In this document: piece after piece, positions 1-13,249 of the stretch | Position numbering within the stretch: position 1 is the first letter of the stretch | Layout of the letters: the number at the start of each line of letters is the position of its first letter | Assembly: GCF_963921235.1 (NCBI RefSeq) | Contig: NC_086097.1 | Location: forward strand, 170,316,001-170,380,000 | Source of the DNA: Mobula hypostoma | Lineage: Eukaryota | Length of the DNA stretch: 64,000 nt | Direction of reading: 5' to 3' | Made by a program: the position numbers and the translations under genes | Notes under the pieces: generated by a model | What the model was told of the DNA's origin: nothing | Database searches by the model: none | Seen by the model: only the letters and a program-made list of their open reading frames with translations

Positions 1-291
1 CCAGCAAAGGTGTCAGTGATAGTGCTATCATGTGGCACTTACACAGCAGAAACCTACTCACCAATGGAGGCATGAGAGACTGCAGAAGTTGGAATCCAGA
101 GCAACCAACATTGTGCAGGAGGAACTCAATAGGTGAGGAAAAAGGACAGTTGACGTTTTTAGGTCCAGACTCTTCATCTGGCTGAAATATAGTGGGGCTG
201 GAGTCAGTATTGCTTTCTCTCACATTTTAATACTGGCTATCTTCTCCACATCTTTCTGTCCAGATGAAGACTTTTGATCTGGAATGTTGAC

Positions 292-504
292 CAAGCAACA
301 CACACAAAATGCTGGAGGAACTCAGCAGACCAGGCAGCATCTATGGAAGAGAGTACAGTTGACGTTTCAGGCAGAGACCCTTCATCAGGACTGAAATGTC
401 GACTGTACTGTTTTCTATAGATGCTGCCTGGCCTGCTGAGTTCCTCCAGCATTTTGTGTCTGTGTGTTGCTCGGAATTCCAGCATCTGGAGATATTCTCT
501 TGTT
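292..504. mobile_element. Palindromic PLE-derived mini-element with 14-bp TSD
   Basis: Arms ~295-370 and ~391-470 are reverse complements; flanked by tctg(g/a)aatgttgac at 278-291 and 505-518. Confidence 0.8.
356..393 (-). ncRNA. Minimal type I hammerhead ribozyme motif in PLE pLTR (core intact)
   Basis: Minus strand reads CAGTC-CTGATGA-AGG gtctctg CCT-GAAAC-GTC-AACTG: CUGANGA box, helix II, GAAA, GUC site, helix I with one mismatch. Confidence 0.75.
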
Positions 505-699
505 TCTGAAATGTTGACTGTCCATTTCTCTCCACTGATGCTGCCTTACTTGCTGAGTTCCTTCAGCATCTTGTTGTCTGCACTTACTCACTGATACCCA
601 TTTGAGGTTTCACCAGGAACTCACAACAGCCTTAGTATAAATATAAACAAAAGAGCTGAATTCTAGAGTTGAGATGAGAGCAACTGCCCTCTTCACCAA

Positions 700-960
700 G
701 GTACCACTTCACTGGGTGTGTCGTCATGGAGTTCTGACTAAGTTAGTCAAAGGAAAAACTCTCCAGTGGCCAGAGTCATACCTCACATAAATGAAGATGG
801 GTATAGTTATTATCCCAGGCCCAGGACATCACTACATGGGTTCCTTAGTCAGTGTCCTCAGTCCAGCCATCCTCAATTGCTTCGTCAATAACTTCTGCTT
901 CATCAGATTGGAAGTGAGGATATTTACTGATAATAACATAACATTCAATTCCATTGCCAG
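700..960 (+). mobile_element. Old CR1/L2-like LINE RT fragment
   Basis: Degenerate RT segment (SVLSPAILNCFVNN...VRIFTDN). Confidence 0.55.
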
Positions 961-1384
961 CATGCTGGAGAGGTGTGGGATGATTTGTCAGCATATTGCC
1001 CTGGATTAGAACATATAAATTTAATGGAGAAGTTTGTTTTCCCTGGAGTGGAGGAGGCTGCTGGGTAAGGTGTATAAAATTTGAGGGGAAACTGAACATA
1101 GAACTTAGAACAGTATAGCACAGGAACAGGTCCTTTGGCCAATGATGTTGTGCTGAACTAATTAAACAAATAATTAAATGCCTACTCAACTAGTCCCTTC
1201 TGCCTGCGCAATGTCTTTATCCCTTCATTCTCTACACATTCATGTGCCACTGTAGGAGGCTCTTCAATGCTTCTGTTGTATTTGCCTCCACTACCACCAC
1301 TGGCAATGCCATCTGGGCATCTATCACTCTTTGTAAAAAGAAATGTGCCCTACATGTCTCCTTTGAACTTATTCAAATTTCAAA

Positions 1385-1745
1385 CTTATAACACCATCGA
1401 GGACATCTTCAGGAGGTGGTGTTTAAAGAAGGTGGCATCGATCATGAAGAACCCTCACCATGCAATGCATGCCCGCTTTTCATTATTAGCATCAGGGAGG
1501 AGGTACAGGAGCCTGAAGGTCCACACTTGATGTTTCAGGAGCAGCTTTTTTCCCCGCAGCTATCAGATTTTAGATTGGTCCATAACACTGCCCCACTATT
1601 TTGTTTTCTTTGCACTATTTATTTAGTTCTTATATATTTCTTAATGGAATGTTTGGTTATTTGTTTATGTATTGTATTGTACTGTTGCCACAAAACAACA
1701 AAGGTCACAATATAGGTCAGTGATATATAAACCTGACTCTGATTC
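1385..1745 (+). mobile_element. Rex1/Babar-like LINE 3' fragment inside an old minus-strand CR1 tail
   Basis: CLKKVASIMKNPHH..FSLLASGRRYRSLK matches the C-terminus of the 21640..22398 ORF; ends in aaacctgactctgatt. Confidence 0.7.
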
Positions 1746-2014
1746 CTCTCACCTTAAATGTATGTCCTCTGGTATTGATATCACAAACCTGGGAAAATGA
1801 TACTGGCTATGTACTCTGTCTATGCCTCTCATCGTCTTATAAACTTCTATCATGTCTCCCCTCAGTCTTCACCACTCCAGAGAAAACAACCCACGTTTGT
1901 CCAACTCCTCCTCATAGCACATGCCATCTAATCCAGAGAGCATTTGCCAGGAATGCTGCCTGGATTAAAGAGCATGTGCTATGAAGAATTGGAGAAACTC
2001 TTCAAAACTTCCAC

Positions 2015-2672
2015 ATCCTTTGCTGAGCACCTACGCTCTGTCCGCCAAAGAAAGCAGGATCTCCCAGTGGCCACACATTTTAATTCCACGTCCCATTCCC
2101 ATTCTGATATGTCTATCCATGGCCTCCTCTACAATAAAGATAAAGCCACATTCAGGTTGGAGGAACAACACCTTATATTCTGTCTGGGTAGCCTCCAACC
2201 TGATGGCATGAACACTGACTTCTTAAACTTCTGTTAATGCCCCACCTCCCCCTCGTACCCCATCCGTTATTTATTTATATACACACATTCTTTTTCTCTC
2301 TCTCCTTTTTGTCCCTCTGTCCCTTTCACTATACCCCTTGCCCATCCTCTGGGCTTTTCCCCCCCTCCTCCTTTTCCTTCTCCCTGGTCCTCCTGTCCCA
2401 TGATCCTCTCATATCCCTTTTGCCAATCAACTGTCCAGCTCTTGGCTCCATCCCTCCCCCTCCTGTCTTCTCCTATCATTTTGGATCTCCCCCTCCCCCT
2501 CCCACTTTCAAATCCCTTACTAGCTCTTCCTTCAGTTAGTCCTAACGAAGGGTCTCGGCCTGAAACGTCGACTGTACCTCTTCCTAGAGATGCTGCCTGG
2601 CCTGCTGCGTTCACCAGCAACTTTGATGTGTGTTACTTGAATTTCCAGCATCTGCAGAATTCCTCGTGTTTC
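2015..2672 (+). mobile_element. PLE 3' fragment: GIY-YIG C-terminus plus pLTR
   Basis: FAEHLRSVRQRKQDLPVATHFN...LEEQHLIFCLGSLQPDGMN nearly matches the 46934..47752 ORF; hammerhead motif at 2538-2573 with core mutated to CTAACGA. Confidence 0.9.
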
Positions 2673-2818
2673 CTTCCTATAACTGGGCAGCTCAAATTGA
2701 ATGTAAAGTTCGGTAACAAGTAGAATGCACGTGTAGTAAAAATGAATGAAAGTGTCAAAGACTCGTAGGCATGGGTTTAGGATGAGGGGTAGAAGGGGTG
2801 AGGGATAGAGATCCAAGA

Positions 2819-5027
2819 TCATAAGACCATAAGACAAAGGAGCAGAAGTCAGCCATTCGGCCCATCGAGTCTGCTCTGCCATTTTATCATGAGCTGATCC
2901 ATTCTCCCATTTAGTCCCACTCCCCCGCCTTCTCACCATAACCTTTGATCCCCTGGCTACTCAGATACCTATCAAACTCTGCCTTAAATACACCTAATGA
3001 CTTGGCCTGCACTGCTGCCCGTAGTAACAAATTCCATAGATTCACCACCCTCTGGCTAAAAAAAATTTCTTCGCATTTCTGTTCTGAATGGGCGCCCTTC
3101 AATCCTTAAGTCATGCCGTCTCGTACTAGACTCCCCCATCATGGGAAACAACTTTGCCACATCCACTCTGTCCATGCCTTTCAACGTTCGAAATGTTTCT
3201 ATGAGGTCTCCCTTCATTCTTCTAAACTCCAAGGAATACAGTCCAAGAGCGGACAAACGTTCCTCATATATTAACCCTCTCATTCCCGGAATCATTCTAG
3301 TGAATCTTCGCTGTACCCTCTCCAACATCAGCACATCCTTTCTTAAATAAGGAGACTAAAACTGCCCACAGTCCTCCAAGTGAGGTCTCACCAGCGCCTT
3401 ATAGAGCCTCAACATCACATCCCTGTTCCTATACTCTATTCCTCTAGAAATGAATGCCAACATTGAATTCGCCTTCTTCACTACCATCTCAACCTGGAGC
3501 TTAACCTTAAGGATATCCTGTACGAGGACTCCCAAGTCCCGTTGCATCTCAGAACTTTGAATTCTTTCCCTATTTAAATAATAGTCTGCCCATTTATTTC
3601 TTCTGCCAAAGTGCATAACCATACACTTTCCAACATTGTATTTCATTTGCCACCTCTTTGCCCATTCTTCCAATCTATCCAAGTCTCTCTGCAGACTCTC
3701 CGTTTCCTCAGCACTACCGGCCCCTCCACCTATCTTCGTATCGTCAGCAAACTTAGCCACAAAGCCATCTATTCCATAATCCAAATCGTTGATGTACAAT
3801 GTAAAAAGAAGCGGCCCCAACACGGACCCCTGTGGAACAACACTGGTAACCGGCAGCCAAGCAGAATAGGATCCCTTTATTCCCACTCTCTGTTTCCTGC
3901 CAATCAGCCAACGCTCTATCCACGTATGTAACTTTCCCGTAATTTCATGGGCTCTTATCTTGTTTAGTAGCCTCATGTGTGGCACCTTGTCAAAGGCCTT
4001 CTGAAAATCCAAATATACAACATCCACTGCATCTTTCTTGTCTAGCCTGCTTATAATTTCCTCAAAAAATTGTAATAGGTTTGTCAGGCAGGATTTTCCT
4101 TTAAGGAATCCATGCTGAGTTCTGCCTATCTTGTCATATGCCTCCAGGTACTCTGTAACTTCATCCTTGACAATTGACTCCAACAACTTCCCAACCACCG
4201 ATGTCAAGCTAACAGGTCTGTAATTTCCTTTTTGCTTCCTTACCCCCTTCTTAAATAGTGGAGTCACATTTGCAATTTTCCAGTCCTTCGGAACCATGCC
4301 AGAATCTATCGACTTTTGAAAGATCATCGCTAATGCCTCTGCAATCTCCACAGCTACTTCCTTCAGAACACGAGGGTGCATTCCATCTGGTCTGGGAGAT
4401 TTATCTACCTTTAGGCTATTCAGCTTCCTGAGTACTTTCTCTGTTGTAATTGTGACTGCGTACACTTCTCTTCCTTGCCACCCTTGAGTGTCCGGTATAC
4501 TGCTGATGTCTTCCTCAGTGAAGACTGATGCAAAATACTCATTCAGTTCCTCCGCCATCTCCTTATCTCCCATTACAATTTCTCCAGCATCATTTTCTAT
4601 CGGTCCTATATCTACTCTCACCTGTCTTTTACTCTTTATATACTTGAAAAAGCTTTTAGTATCCTCTTTGATATTATTTGCTAGCTTCCTTTCATAGTTA
4701 ATCTTTTCCCTCTTAGTGACCTTCTTAGTTTCCTTTTGTAAGCTTTTAAAAACTTCCCAATCCTCTGTCTTCCCACTAATTTTTGCTTCCCTGTATGCCC
4801 TCTCCTTTGCTTTAACTTTAGCTTTGACTTCTCTTGTCAGCCATGGTTGCATCTTTTTTCCATTCGAAAATTTCTTCTTTTTTGGAATATACCTGTCTTG
4901 CACCTTCCTCACTTCTCGCATAAACTCCAGCCACTGCTGCTCTGCCGTCCTTTCTGCCAGTGTCTCTTTCCAGTCAACTTTGGCCAGTTCCTCTCTCATG
5001 CCACTGTAATTTCCTTTACTCCACTGA
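2819..5027 (-). mobile_element. 5'-truncated CR1 LINE
   Basis: ORF2 RT on the minus strand; 3' tail of short repeats (ataagacc ataagac). Confidence 0.95.
3356..4999 (-). pseudogene. CR1 ORF2 reverse transcriptase segment (547 aa open; frameshifted continuation 3056-3334)
   Basis: NYRPVSLTS, QHGF, YLDFQKAFDKVPH, VPQGSVLGP and KFADD motifs; no endonuclease domain. Confidence 0.92.
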
Positions 5028-6339
5028 ATCTAGTTGTGTTACCATCCATCGACTCTCACCATCAACATCCTAAGTGTCACCATTGATTGCGGAAGCTAAC
5101 TGGCTCAGTCACAGAAGCTTTAAACAAACGTCCAAGGCTGAGTATCCTGCAGTGAGTTAATCACCTCCTGACACCCTAAAGTCTTATCACCATCTGCATG
5201 GCAAAAGTTGTGAGTGATGGGTAAGTTATAGATATTGACATTATTGCCACATGTATTGAGTACCAGACTCAAGGGCAGCTTCCATCCTGATGTTATCAGA
5301 GTCTTGAATAGACCGCTTGTACATTAAAAGTTGAATTCTTAATCTCCCAGTTTATCTTCTTGTGGTTGTTGTACTAGATTTATCTACCTGCACTGCACTC
5401 TCTTACTCTATCATGTCCTGCCTTCTGATTTTCTTTTGCTCAATTTGATATAATTATTTCCGGCATGATTTATCTGGATTGTGTGCAAAGCAAAAACTTT
5501 TCTTGGTACATACGACAATAAAAATAAACCAGTCCAATTTCAAAGGGAGTGAAATGCACTGTAAGGTACAGTATCAAATTCATGAAGGAACACAATAGGA
5601 ATGCTACACGTCGGGAATGCAAATGCTCCTTGTCCAAAATTGTTGAACTCCGCATCCTAAGAGAAGTGCATCTCTATCTATTTTCCATTCCACTGAAAGA
5701 TCATTGATCTGAAATGTTAACTCCACTTCACTCTCTGAAGGCCTGTTGAGTGTCTGCATCGCTTCTTTGCTCTACCTGAAAGTAAATGATTATCTCAGTG
5801 GTGTTTCACTGTTGGTGCTCATCTCCTACATTGTAGGATCAACTGCATTTCACTGACTGTGGGGAGCATTATCAATCCAAGCCCCTTTTATTAACCTCTC
5901 CAGCTTCTTTGGTTGTGGACATCAGCCCAGAAATTTAACTCTCAAGACATTGACCTTTGGTGTACATGTAAAGAATATTTTGTAACTGAACTTCTCTCCT
6001 GTCTGAAACTTAATCATATATTTGCAGAACCCTTGGTGGCCTAATTGGACACTATAAATTGTCTCCAGTCCCTCAGGAGGCAAGCAGAAGCTGGAGGAAG
6101 GTGATGGGAATCCATGATCCCACGAACACTACCTTGCTATTCCTCTTCTGTACTATTACTTATTCTTTATTGTATTTTTATTTTTTGTAGTATACTGCTA
6201 CCACAAAACAGCAAATTTCACAGCATGTATCAGTGATATTAAACTTGATTTTGAGATAGTGTGAATTCAGAAGGCTGAAGGGTTCCAAGTCTCCATGACT
6301 GAACACAGAACAAGCACTGTGTCCATGCTGTTTATCAGA

Positions 6340-6835
6340 TACCTATCTGGAGGCAGTACACAGTTAATGGCAAGACCCTGAACAGTATAGATGCACATAG
6401 AGATCTTGGGGTGTAAGTTCATAGTTCCCTGAAAGTGATAACACAAGTAGTTAAGTGGTTAAAAAGACATATGGCATGCTTTCCTTAATCACTCATGGAG
6501 TACAAAAGTCAGGAAGTCATGATGTAATTGAATGAAACTTTGAAAATCTTTGCACTTTGAGTAGTGTATACATTTCTGGTTGCCCCATTACAGGATGGAT
6601 GCCAAGTCTTTGGAAAGAGTGCAGAAGAATTTGAGCAATGTTCTGAATGGATTAAAGAGTTTTGGCTATAAGAAGAAGACATTGGACAGACTTGGAGGCT
6701 TTATCAGATATTGGTCAGACGGCATTTGGAATATTGTGAGGCATTTTAGACCCAGTATCTAGGCAGAAGATCAGGTCAGTGTGGACCAGATGGGCTGAAA
6801 GTCCTGCTTTTGTGCTGTAGTACTCTATGACTTTA
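6340..6835 (+). mobile_element. Degraded CR1 3' fragments
   Basis: PHYRMDAKSLERVQK motif and CR1 tail (gggctgaaagtcctgct..gtgctgtagtactctatga). Confidence 0.65.
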
Positions 6836-8049
6836 CGTGGCTGGACCAGCACTAGTAGGTGATCGGTGGACACAGGAAGGGTGTAACATGATAGACAGGT
6901 TTTCCAGATAGGAGAGGAAAGAGGGGTGGAGCTGGGAGACAGAAGAAGGTGAATGATAGATGAAAGCAGATGGAGTCAGAATGAGGGAAATAAATATATT
7001 GTGAAAGTAAAAACAGTATAAATAAATACATTTATTTCTCCTCAGCACAAAAACAGGACCATCATTCCACTATGTCTATGCCAGAATGAGAATCAGAATC
7101 AGATTATCACTGACTCATATGGTGTGAAATTTGTTCTGTGGCAGCAAAGACACAAAATATTATACTGCAAATTAAAAAAAATGAATAATGAGTTGGTGTT
7201 CATGGGTTCATGAACTGTTCAAAAATCTGATGGTGGAAAGGAGGAAGCTTTTCCTGTGCATTCCAGGCCGCAACGCAACCAGTATGAATGCTCTATAGTT
7301 GGTTATTAGTGACACACCGAATCTCATCAAATTACTAATTTTTTTTACTCATTTACACTAAATCCGTTTGGCTGCTTTAGGGATTCATCCTTGTATAGTT
7401 TGCCTTTTGAAGTATCCATCCAAATATCTCTCAATTGCAGTGACTATACAGTATCTCATTCCAGCACCTCCTGTGGCAGAGAGTCCCAGCCGGTTGAAGC
7501 CGAACCTTCAGCTTAAACAGGGTGCTGATCTGGCTATACCAGCCCAAATCAGCAGGTGTACCCAGAACAGGTGAGCTCCTGGTGCAGGCCTATAGCGGAG
7601 AACAGGCGAGCACAGATTTTAGCACTGTAGCAGAGTCTGTGCCACGTTAACTGGACCTCGTCCAGCAGCCCATTGAAATGAAAGGGAAGGCACAGCTGTC
7701 TATAGACCAGTGAGTGGAAGTTAATTTCCATCTTCATTTAATTTTATTCTGTAGGTTTAAATGGGTTTAATTTTTTGAGCACGTGCAACTGCACTCCTTA
7801 GCATTTTAATTTTATTTGAATAATTTTAATTTTATTGAACAATGTTTTTACTTTTAATTAGTGCGTGAGTGCTTGTTAGAGCCAAAGACGTTCATAAACG
7901 TCCAGCTGTTACGAGAGTGTTTGGAGTCTAAGAGAAAGGTCATAAGGACCTGCCAGGGGTGTGCTGTCTGATCAGCAGGGAGCCCAGTGGCTGAGGTGAA
8001 TATTTGTCCATGGGAACAAAGCAAGGAAAGTTGTGCTCCTGGAACAGGC

Positions 8050-9430
8050 AGAACATAGAACACAACATAAAGCGTATACAGTACAGCTCAGGAACCTCTT
8101 GACCCACAATGTCTGTGATGATCATGATGCCAAATTCAACAAAACCCCTTCTGCTTGTACATTATCCATATCGCTCCATCCTCAGCAGTTTCTGTATCTA
8201 TCTAAAAGCCCTTTAAATGTCACTATCCCATCTTCACATCTTCTACTGCCACTCCTAGCAGCCCTTTCCAGGCACCCATAATTCTGTGTTTTTTTTTAAA
8301 ACTTGCTCAGTGCACTTCCTTTGGACCTTCCCCCTCTCACCTTAAATGCACATCCTTTGGTAATTGATTCTTCTACCCTGGGAAAAAGATTCAGGCTTCT
8401 ACCCTAACTATGGTTACGTATCACACAACCTGCCTGGGCCATAGAGGTGCTGTATAGGTAAGTACTGCACCAGTTGCCTCCACCTCTCATGGTTGTGGGT
8501 GAGTGCCTGGGTTGCAGCAACACTCTCTCCAGTCCACTCCGCGATGTTATCTGCCCACTTCTTCCTCTGAGCACCATTTTGTTACTGTTACCAGGTTCGG
8601 ACATGGCCCAAGTGTGGAGTGAGAGACACTGAAGGAGATTGATAGTTCACAGACTTTAATACGAACAATGTTAAAGGGAAAATAAAACAATAAACGCTAG
8701 GCCAGACAGGGCTTTTAACTAAAAGTCTCAAATGGAAAATGAAGCCTACACTGCAGCTGAAAAGGACATCTAAACATTAAACAAATGCCGCTAGTCTTCA
8801 GACTTGGAAGTCCGATATCTCAGGGAAGGTTGAATGCAAAACAGCAGCGAAGCTCTGTCCAAGTCTTGACAAGCACCACGATGACAAGTATGGAGTTAAA
8901 TACTATCACGATTAAATACTAATTACCTGACACGTGCAAATTCACAAGCACAATTGCTGCATCTACTGCACTGCTGAATCTGTGGCTGTGCCAGTTATGT
9001 GGCCATGCCGTAACTTCTTCAACCCTAACTCTGCTCTCATAATCTTAGAAGCCTTTATCAAGTCTCTTCTGTCTCCAATGCTCCAAAAAAACCAACCCAA
9101 GTGTTGTCTAACCTCTCCTTTAAGCAGCTCTTTCAATTCAGGCAGTGCCCTGGTAAATGTTTTATGCTCCTTGTCCAAAGCCTCGACATGCTTCCTGTAA
9201 TGAAGTGACCAGAACTGACTGCCTGCAGCCTAACCAAAGTTTCATACAGCAGCACTGTGACTTCTTAACTCCTATATTTAATAAAGACCAATATGTTATA
9301 TGACTGCTTTACCACATCTCTACATATGTGGCCACTTATTGTCAGTTATGGACTTGGACCCCAAGATCTCCCTGTACGTCAGTTCTGTTAAGGATCCTGC
9401 CATTACCTATACACTTCCCCCTTGCATTAG
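8050..9430 (-). mobile_element. Old CR1 3' fragment interrupted by an LTR-like insert
   Basis: FTRALPELK..LG.F...RRDLIKASKIMR; tail gaacatagaaca. Confidence 0.65.
8412..9015. mobile_element. Putative solo LTR (Gypsy-like)
   Basis: ~600-bp non-coding insert with inverted termini gttacg...cgtaac that interrupts the CR1 tail. Confidence 0.45.
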
Positions 9431-9454
9431 GGGATGGTCCCTCCTCCCAGCTGC

Positions 9455-10237
9455 TTTTCAACCCAGAGAAGTGTGAGGTAGTGCACTTTGGAAGGCCAAA
9501 CTCCAAGGCAGAGTACAAAGTAAATGGCAGGATACTTGGTAGTGTGGAGGAGCAGAGGGATCTGGGGGTACATGTCCACAGATCCCTGAAAGTTGCCTCA
9601 CAGTAGATAGGGCAGTTAAGAAAGCTTAGGGGTGTTAGCTTTCATAAGTCGAGGGATAGAGTTTAAGAGTCGCGAGGTAATGATGCAGCTCTATAAAACT
9701 CTGGTTAGGCCACACTTGGAGTACTGTGTCCAGTTCTGGTCACCTCACTATAGGAAGGATGTGGAAGCATTGGAAAGGGTACAGAGGAGATTTACCAGGA
9801 TGCTGCCTGGTTTAGAGAGTATGCATTATGATCAGAGATTAAGGGAGCTAGGATTTGACTCTTTGGAGAGAAGGAGGATGAGAGGAGACATGATAGAGGT
9901 ATACAAGATATTAAGAGGAATAGATAGAGTGGACAGCCAGCACCTCTTCCCCAGGGCACCACAAGAGGACATGGCTTTAAGGTAAGGGGTGGGAAGTTCA
10001 AGGGGGATATTAGAGGAAGATTTTTTACTCAGAGAGTGGTTGGTGCGTGGAATGCACTGTCTGAGTCAGTGGTGGAGGCAGACACACTCGTGAAGTTTAA
10101 GAGACTACTAGACAGGTATATGGAGGAATTTAAGGTGGGGGGTTATATGGGAGGCAGGGTTTGAGGGTCGGCACAACATTGTGGGCCGAAGGGCCTGTAC
10201 TGTGCTATTCTGTACCATTCTATGTTCTATGTTCTAT
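9455..10237 (+). mobile_element. CR1 LINE 3' fragment
   Basis: KCEVVHFG; LYKTLVRPHLEYCVQFWSPHYRKD; (ttctatg)n tail. Confidence 0.92.
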
Positions 10238-10294
10238 TTTCCAGAAATACAAATCATTGGCATAAGGAATACGAGCACTGGCATCACATTACAT

Positions 10295-10526
10295 GACAGG
10301 TAGTGCTGCTGTGCCAAGTTTCCAGTGGCTCGGGTTTGATGCTGATCTCTGTATGCTATTTGCATGTTCTCCCTCTGATGGTGTGGGTTTTATCTTCCTC
10401 TTGCTGCTCCTGTTTCCTACTACAACCCGAGGAGCTGAGACTTGCGAGGTTAATTGGCAGCTTTAGACTGCCCCTTGTTAAATGTGGGCACTGGAATTGA
10501 TGAAAATGTGGGGAGAGTTGATTATA
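10295..10526 (+). mobile_element. Degenerate V-SINE (HE1-like)
   Basis: tttgcatgttctccc..gtgtgggttt..tgctcctgtttcct resembles the V domain. Confidence 0.55.
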
Positions 10527-11035
10527 CAGGTGTTATACAGCTTTACGAACGTTCGCTTTACGCCACTTCGCATTTACGAAAGACCTACATTAGTACCTGT
10601 TTTCGCTAACTGAAAGAAGATTTTCGCTTTTATGAAAAAAGATGCCCACTTTAAACTTGTGCTTACCCCGAGAAAGACTACCATGACTGTGAAGCCTTGC
10701 GTGGGCAGGTGTGTGCACATGCGTGTACGTGACGATTTTTTTCCTACAGATTGGTTTTGGCTAAATCTTCCTGATTCTGCTAAGTGAAACTACACTGTAT
10801 ATACATTATTTTTACTTTATATAGGCTGTATATTTATCATATCATTCCTGCTTTTACTATATGTTAGTGTTATTTTAGGTTTTATGAGCTATTTGGTAGG
10901 TTATTTTTTGCGTCTGGGAATGCTCAAAAATTTTACCCATATAAATTAATGGTAATTGCTTCTTCGCTTTACGCCATTTCGGCTTACGAAAGGTTTCATA
11001 GGAACGCTCTACTTTCGGATAGCAGGGGAAACCTG
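10527..11035. mobile_element. Tigger/pogo-family non-autonomous element (MITE)
   Basis: TA|CAGGT...ACCTG|TA ends; termini homologous to the Tigger at 60991-62560. Confidence 0.85.
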
Positions 11036-13249
11036 TAATGAAAATTAGTGGGGTAATGGGATAAGTGTACAAACAACTTGGTGAGTCCCAATGCTTCCTT
11101 CTATGTTGTAAGGCAATATGGCAATGTGTGAGCAAGAGTAAAGGTAAATAGGATTACCCTGAGAGATAGTATTGAGTTACTGGGCTGAATGTCCTCTGTC
11201 TCCATGAATAGACCGTTTCACCTACTGAGCCTGCTCTATTGTGTAACAGGACCACAGTTATCATCTACCTCAACATAATTTTCCTGCCCTTTACCTATAT
11301 ACTTTATTCCTTTAACAATCAGCAATCTACCAATCATTGTCTTGAATAAACTCAATAAGTAAGTTTCCACAGCCCCCAATATAGAGAATTCAGAAGATTT
11401 AATATCCTTTTACTGTAGACATAAAAGGAAAAACACATGTTAATAACATCTTAAATAATGCAAGCAAAGAACAAAAGTTCCTTTGTGGAGGGACTAAGAT
11501 TGTGTAGAACCTTGGTTCAACCACTTTTAGAGGATATAGAGACCCTAGAGAAGTTGCAAAGTAGATTTGTTAAAATTATATCAGAACTCAAAGCTTATAA
11601 CTATTGAGAGACTGGGTGGTTTCACCAGAAAAACTAAGGGTGATTTATTAAAGGTATTTCAAAATATGAAAGGTCTTGATAGGTTAGACTCAGAGACGTT
11701 TCCTCGTGAGATGGACCAAACTGAGAGATCATATATAATCCAATAGAAAGTTGAGCAGCACCTACGAAGATGGTGGGTGGGTAAAGACATGTTGATGTTT
11801 CAAGATCTGTTGCAATGCTTAGATCATAAAATGTTGACAATTCCTCCCCCACCACCGGTAGATGCTGCTCAACCCCTGAGCTCCACCAGCAAATTGCTTG
11901 TGGTTGGTTCCTGGTATTGTTTTAACCCAGTAAGACAGTTATGCATAGCTACTTGAGATAAAAGCATTGCAGTGTTCCAGCTAAGGTTTAGAATCTTGTA
12001 TGATGAACATAGTCTAAAATTGATATTTCCTTATATTGGAGGAACAAAACAAAAAAATGTAAATTTTCAGCAGGTCAGTCAGAACATATAGAGTGAAGAG
12101 TGAGAAACAAAGTTAATTTGTAGATCAGTGACCTTGTATAAGAGATTGAACACAATTTTCCCTTGTTTTCCACCTGTGGAACCTAAACCTGCCATGTTAT
12201 CTTCCAATTCCAATCCATGTAATCATCCCAAAACAATCAATTTCCTGTCATTAAGTCGGTGATAATACACTTGATTCTGAAACTTCTACTTTTGGTTAGT
12301 GGTTGCCATGCGCATTTGGTAACATTATATTTTGTTACATGTAGTCATTAACCCATGCTATTAATTCAGTAAATATCTCTTGGAAATCATTCACATTAAT
12401 CTTTCTGAATGATTCAAAACTGTTGATGAATCACTGTAGTCAGAATATTATGTACGCACCAATATCCTGGAACCAAGCAGGGAACCAGTGGAGCAGACTC
12501 ACCAAATAACCTAATTCTGTTCCTATGTCTTACAGTCTTGGGGCCGAAAGTTTTAGTAACAAAATACACATGGCTCTTAACTTATTAAGCAGCCTCATAT
12601 GTGATAACTTGTAAAAGGCCTTCTGATATTCCAAGTACACAACATCCACCGATTCCCTTGTGTCTATCCTGCTTGTTATTTCTTAAAAGAATTCCAACAG
12701 ATTTCTTCAGCAAAATTTTTGATTAAGGAAATCATGCCTCCAAGTACCTCAAACCACAATCTTAACAATCGACTCCAACATCTTCCCAACCACTGAGTTC
12801 AGACTAACTGGCTTATAATATCCTTTCTTCTGCGTCTCTCCCTTCTTGAAGTGTGGAATGACATTTTCAATTTTCTAGAACTCTGGATAATCTGCTGATT
12901 CTTGAAAGATCATTACTAATGTCTCTACAATCTCTTCAGCCACCACTTTCATAACTCTTGGGTGTAGACCATTTAGTCCACGTAACTTATCTACCTTTGG
13001 GAAACTGAAAGGTCCAAGTACTTTCTACCTAGTAATGCAAGTTCACTCCTATCTGCCTCTGACAATCTGAAATGTCTGGCTTACTGCAAGTGTCTTCTAC
13101 AATGAAAACTGATGCAAAATACTTACTCAGTTTGTCTACTATTTCCTTGTCCTCTTTGAAGAAACTTTTGGTATCCTCTTTAATATTATTGGCTAGCTTA
13201 CTTTGGTATTCAATCTTTTCTTTCCTTATGACTTTTTAGTTGCCTTCTG

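Larger units (their letters stand above)
75..580. mobile_element. Old fold-back Penelope-like (PLE) pLTR mini-element interrupted by a younger one
   Basis: Degenerate pLTR motifs (ctgcagaagttggaatccagagcaac...ggaggaactc; gatgctgcc...gctgagttcc) in opposite orientations. Confidence 0.6.

Noticed and set aside
2538..2573. Functional hammerhead ribozyme
   Set aside because: Core reads CTAACGA; the conserved G5 is lost
3356..4999. Active or domesticated RT gene
   Set aside because: 5'-truncated, no endonuclease, frameshifted C-terminus; the open frame reflects young age
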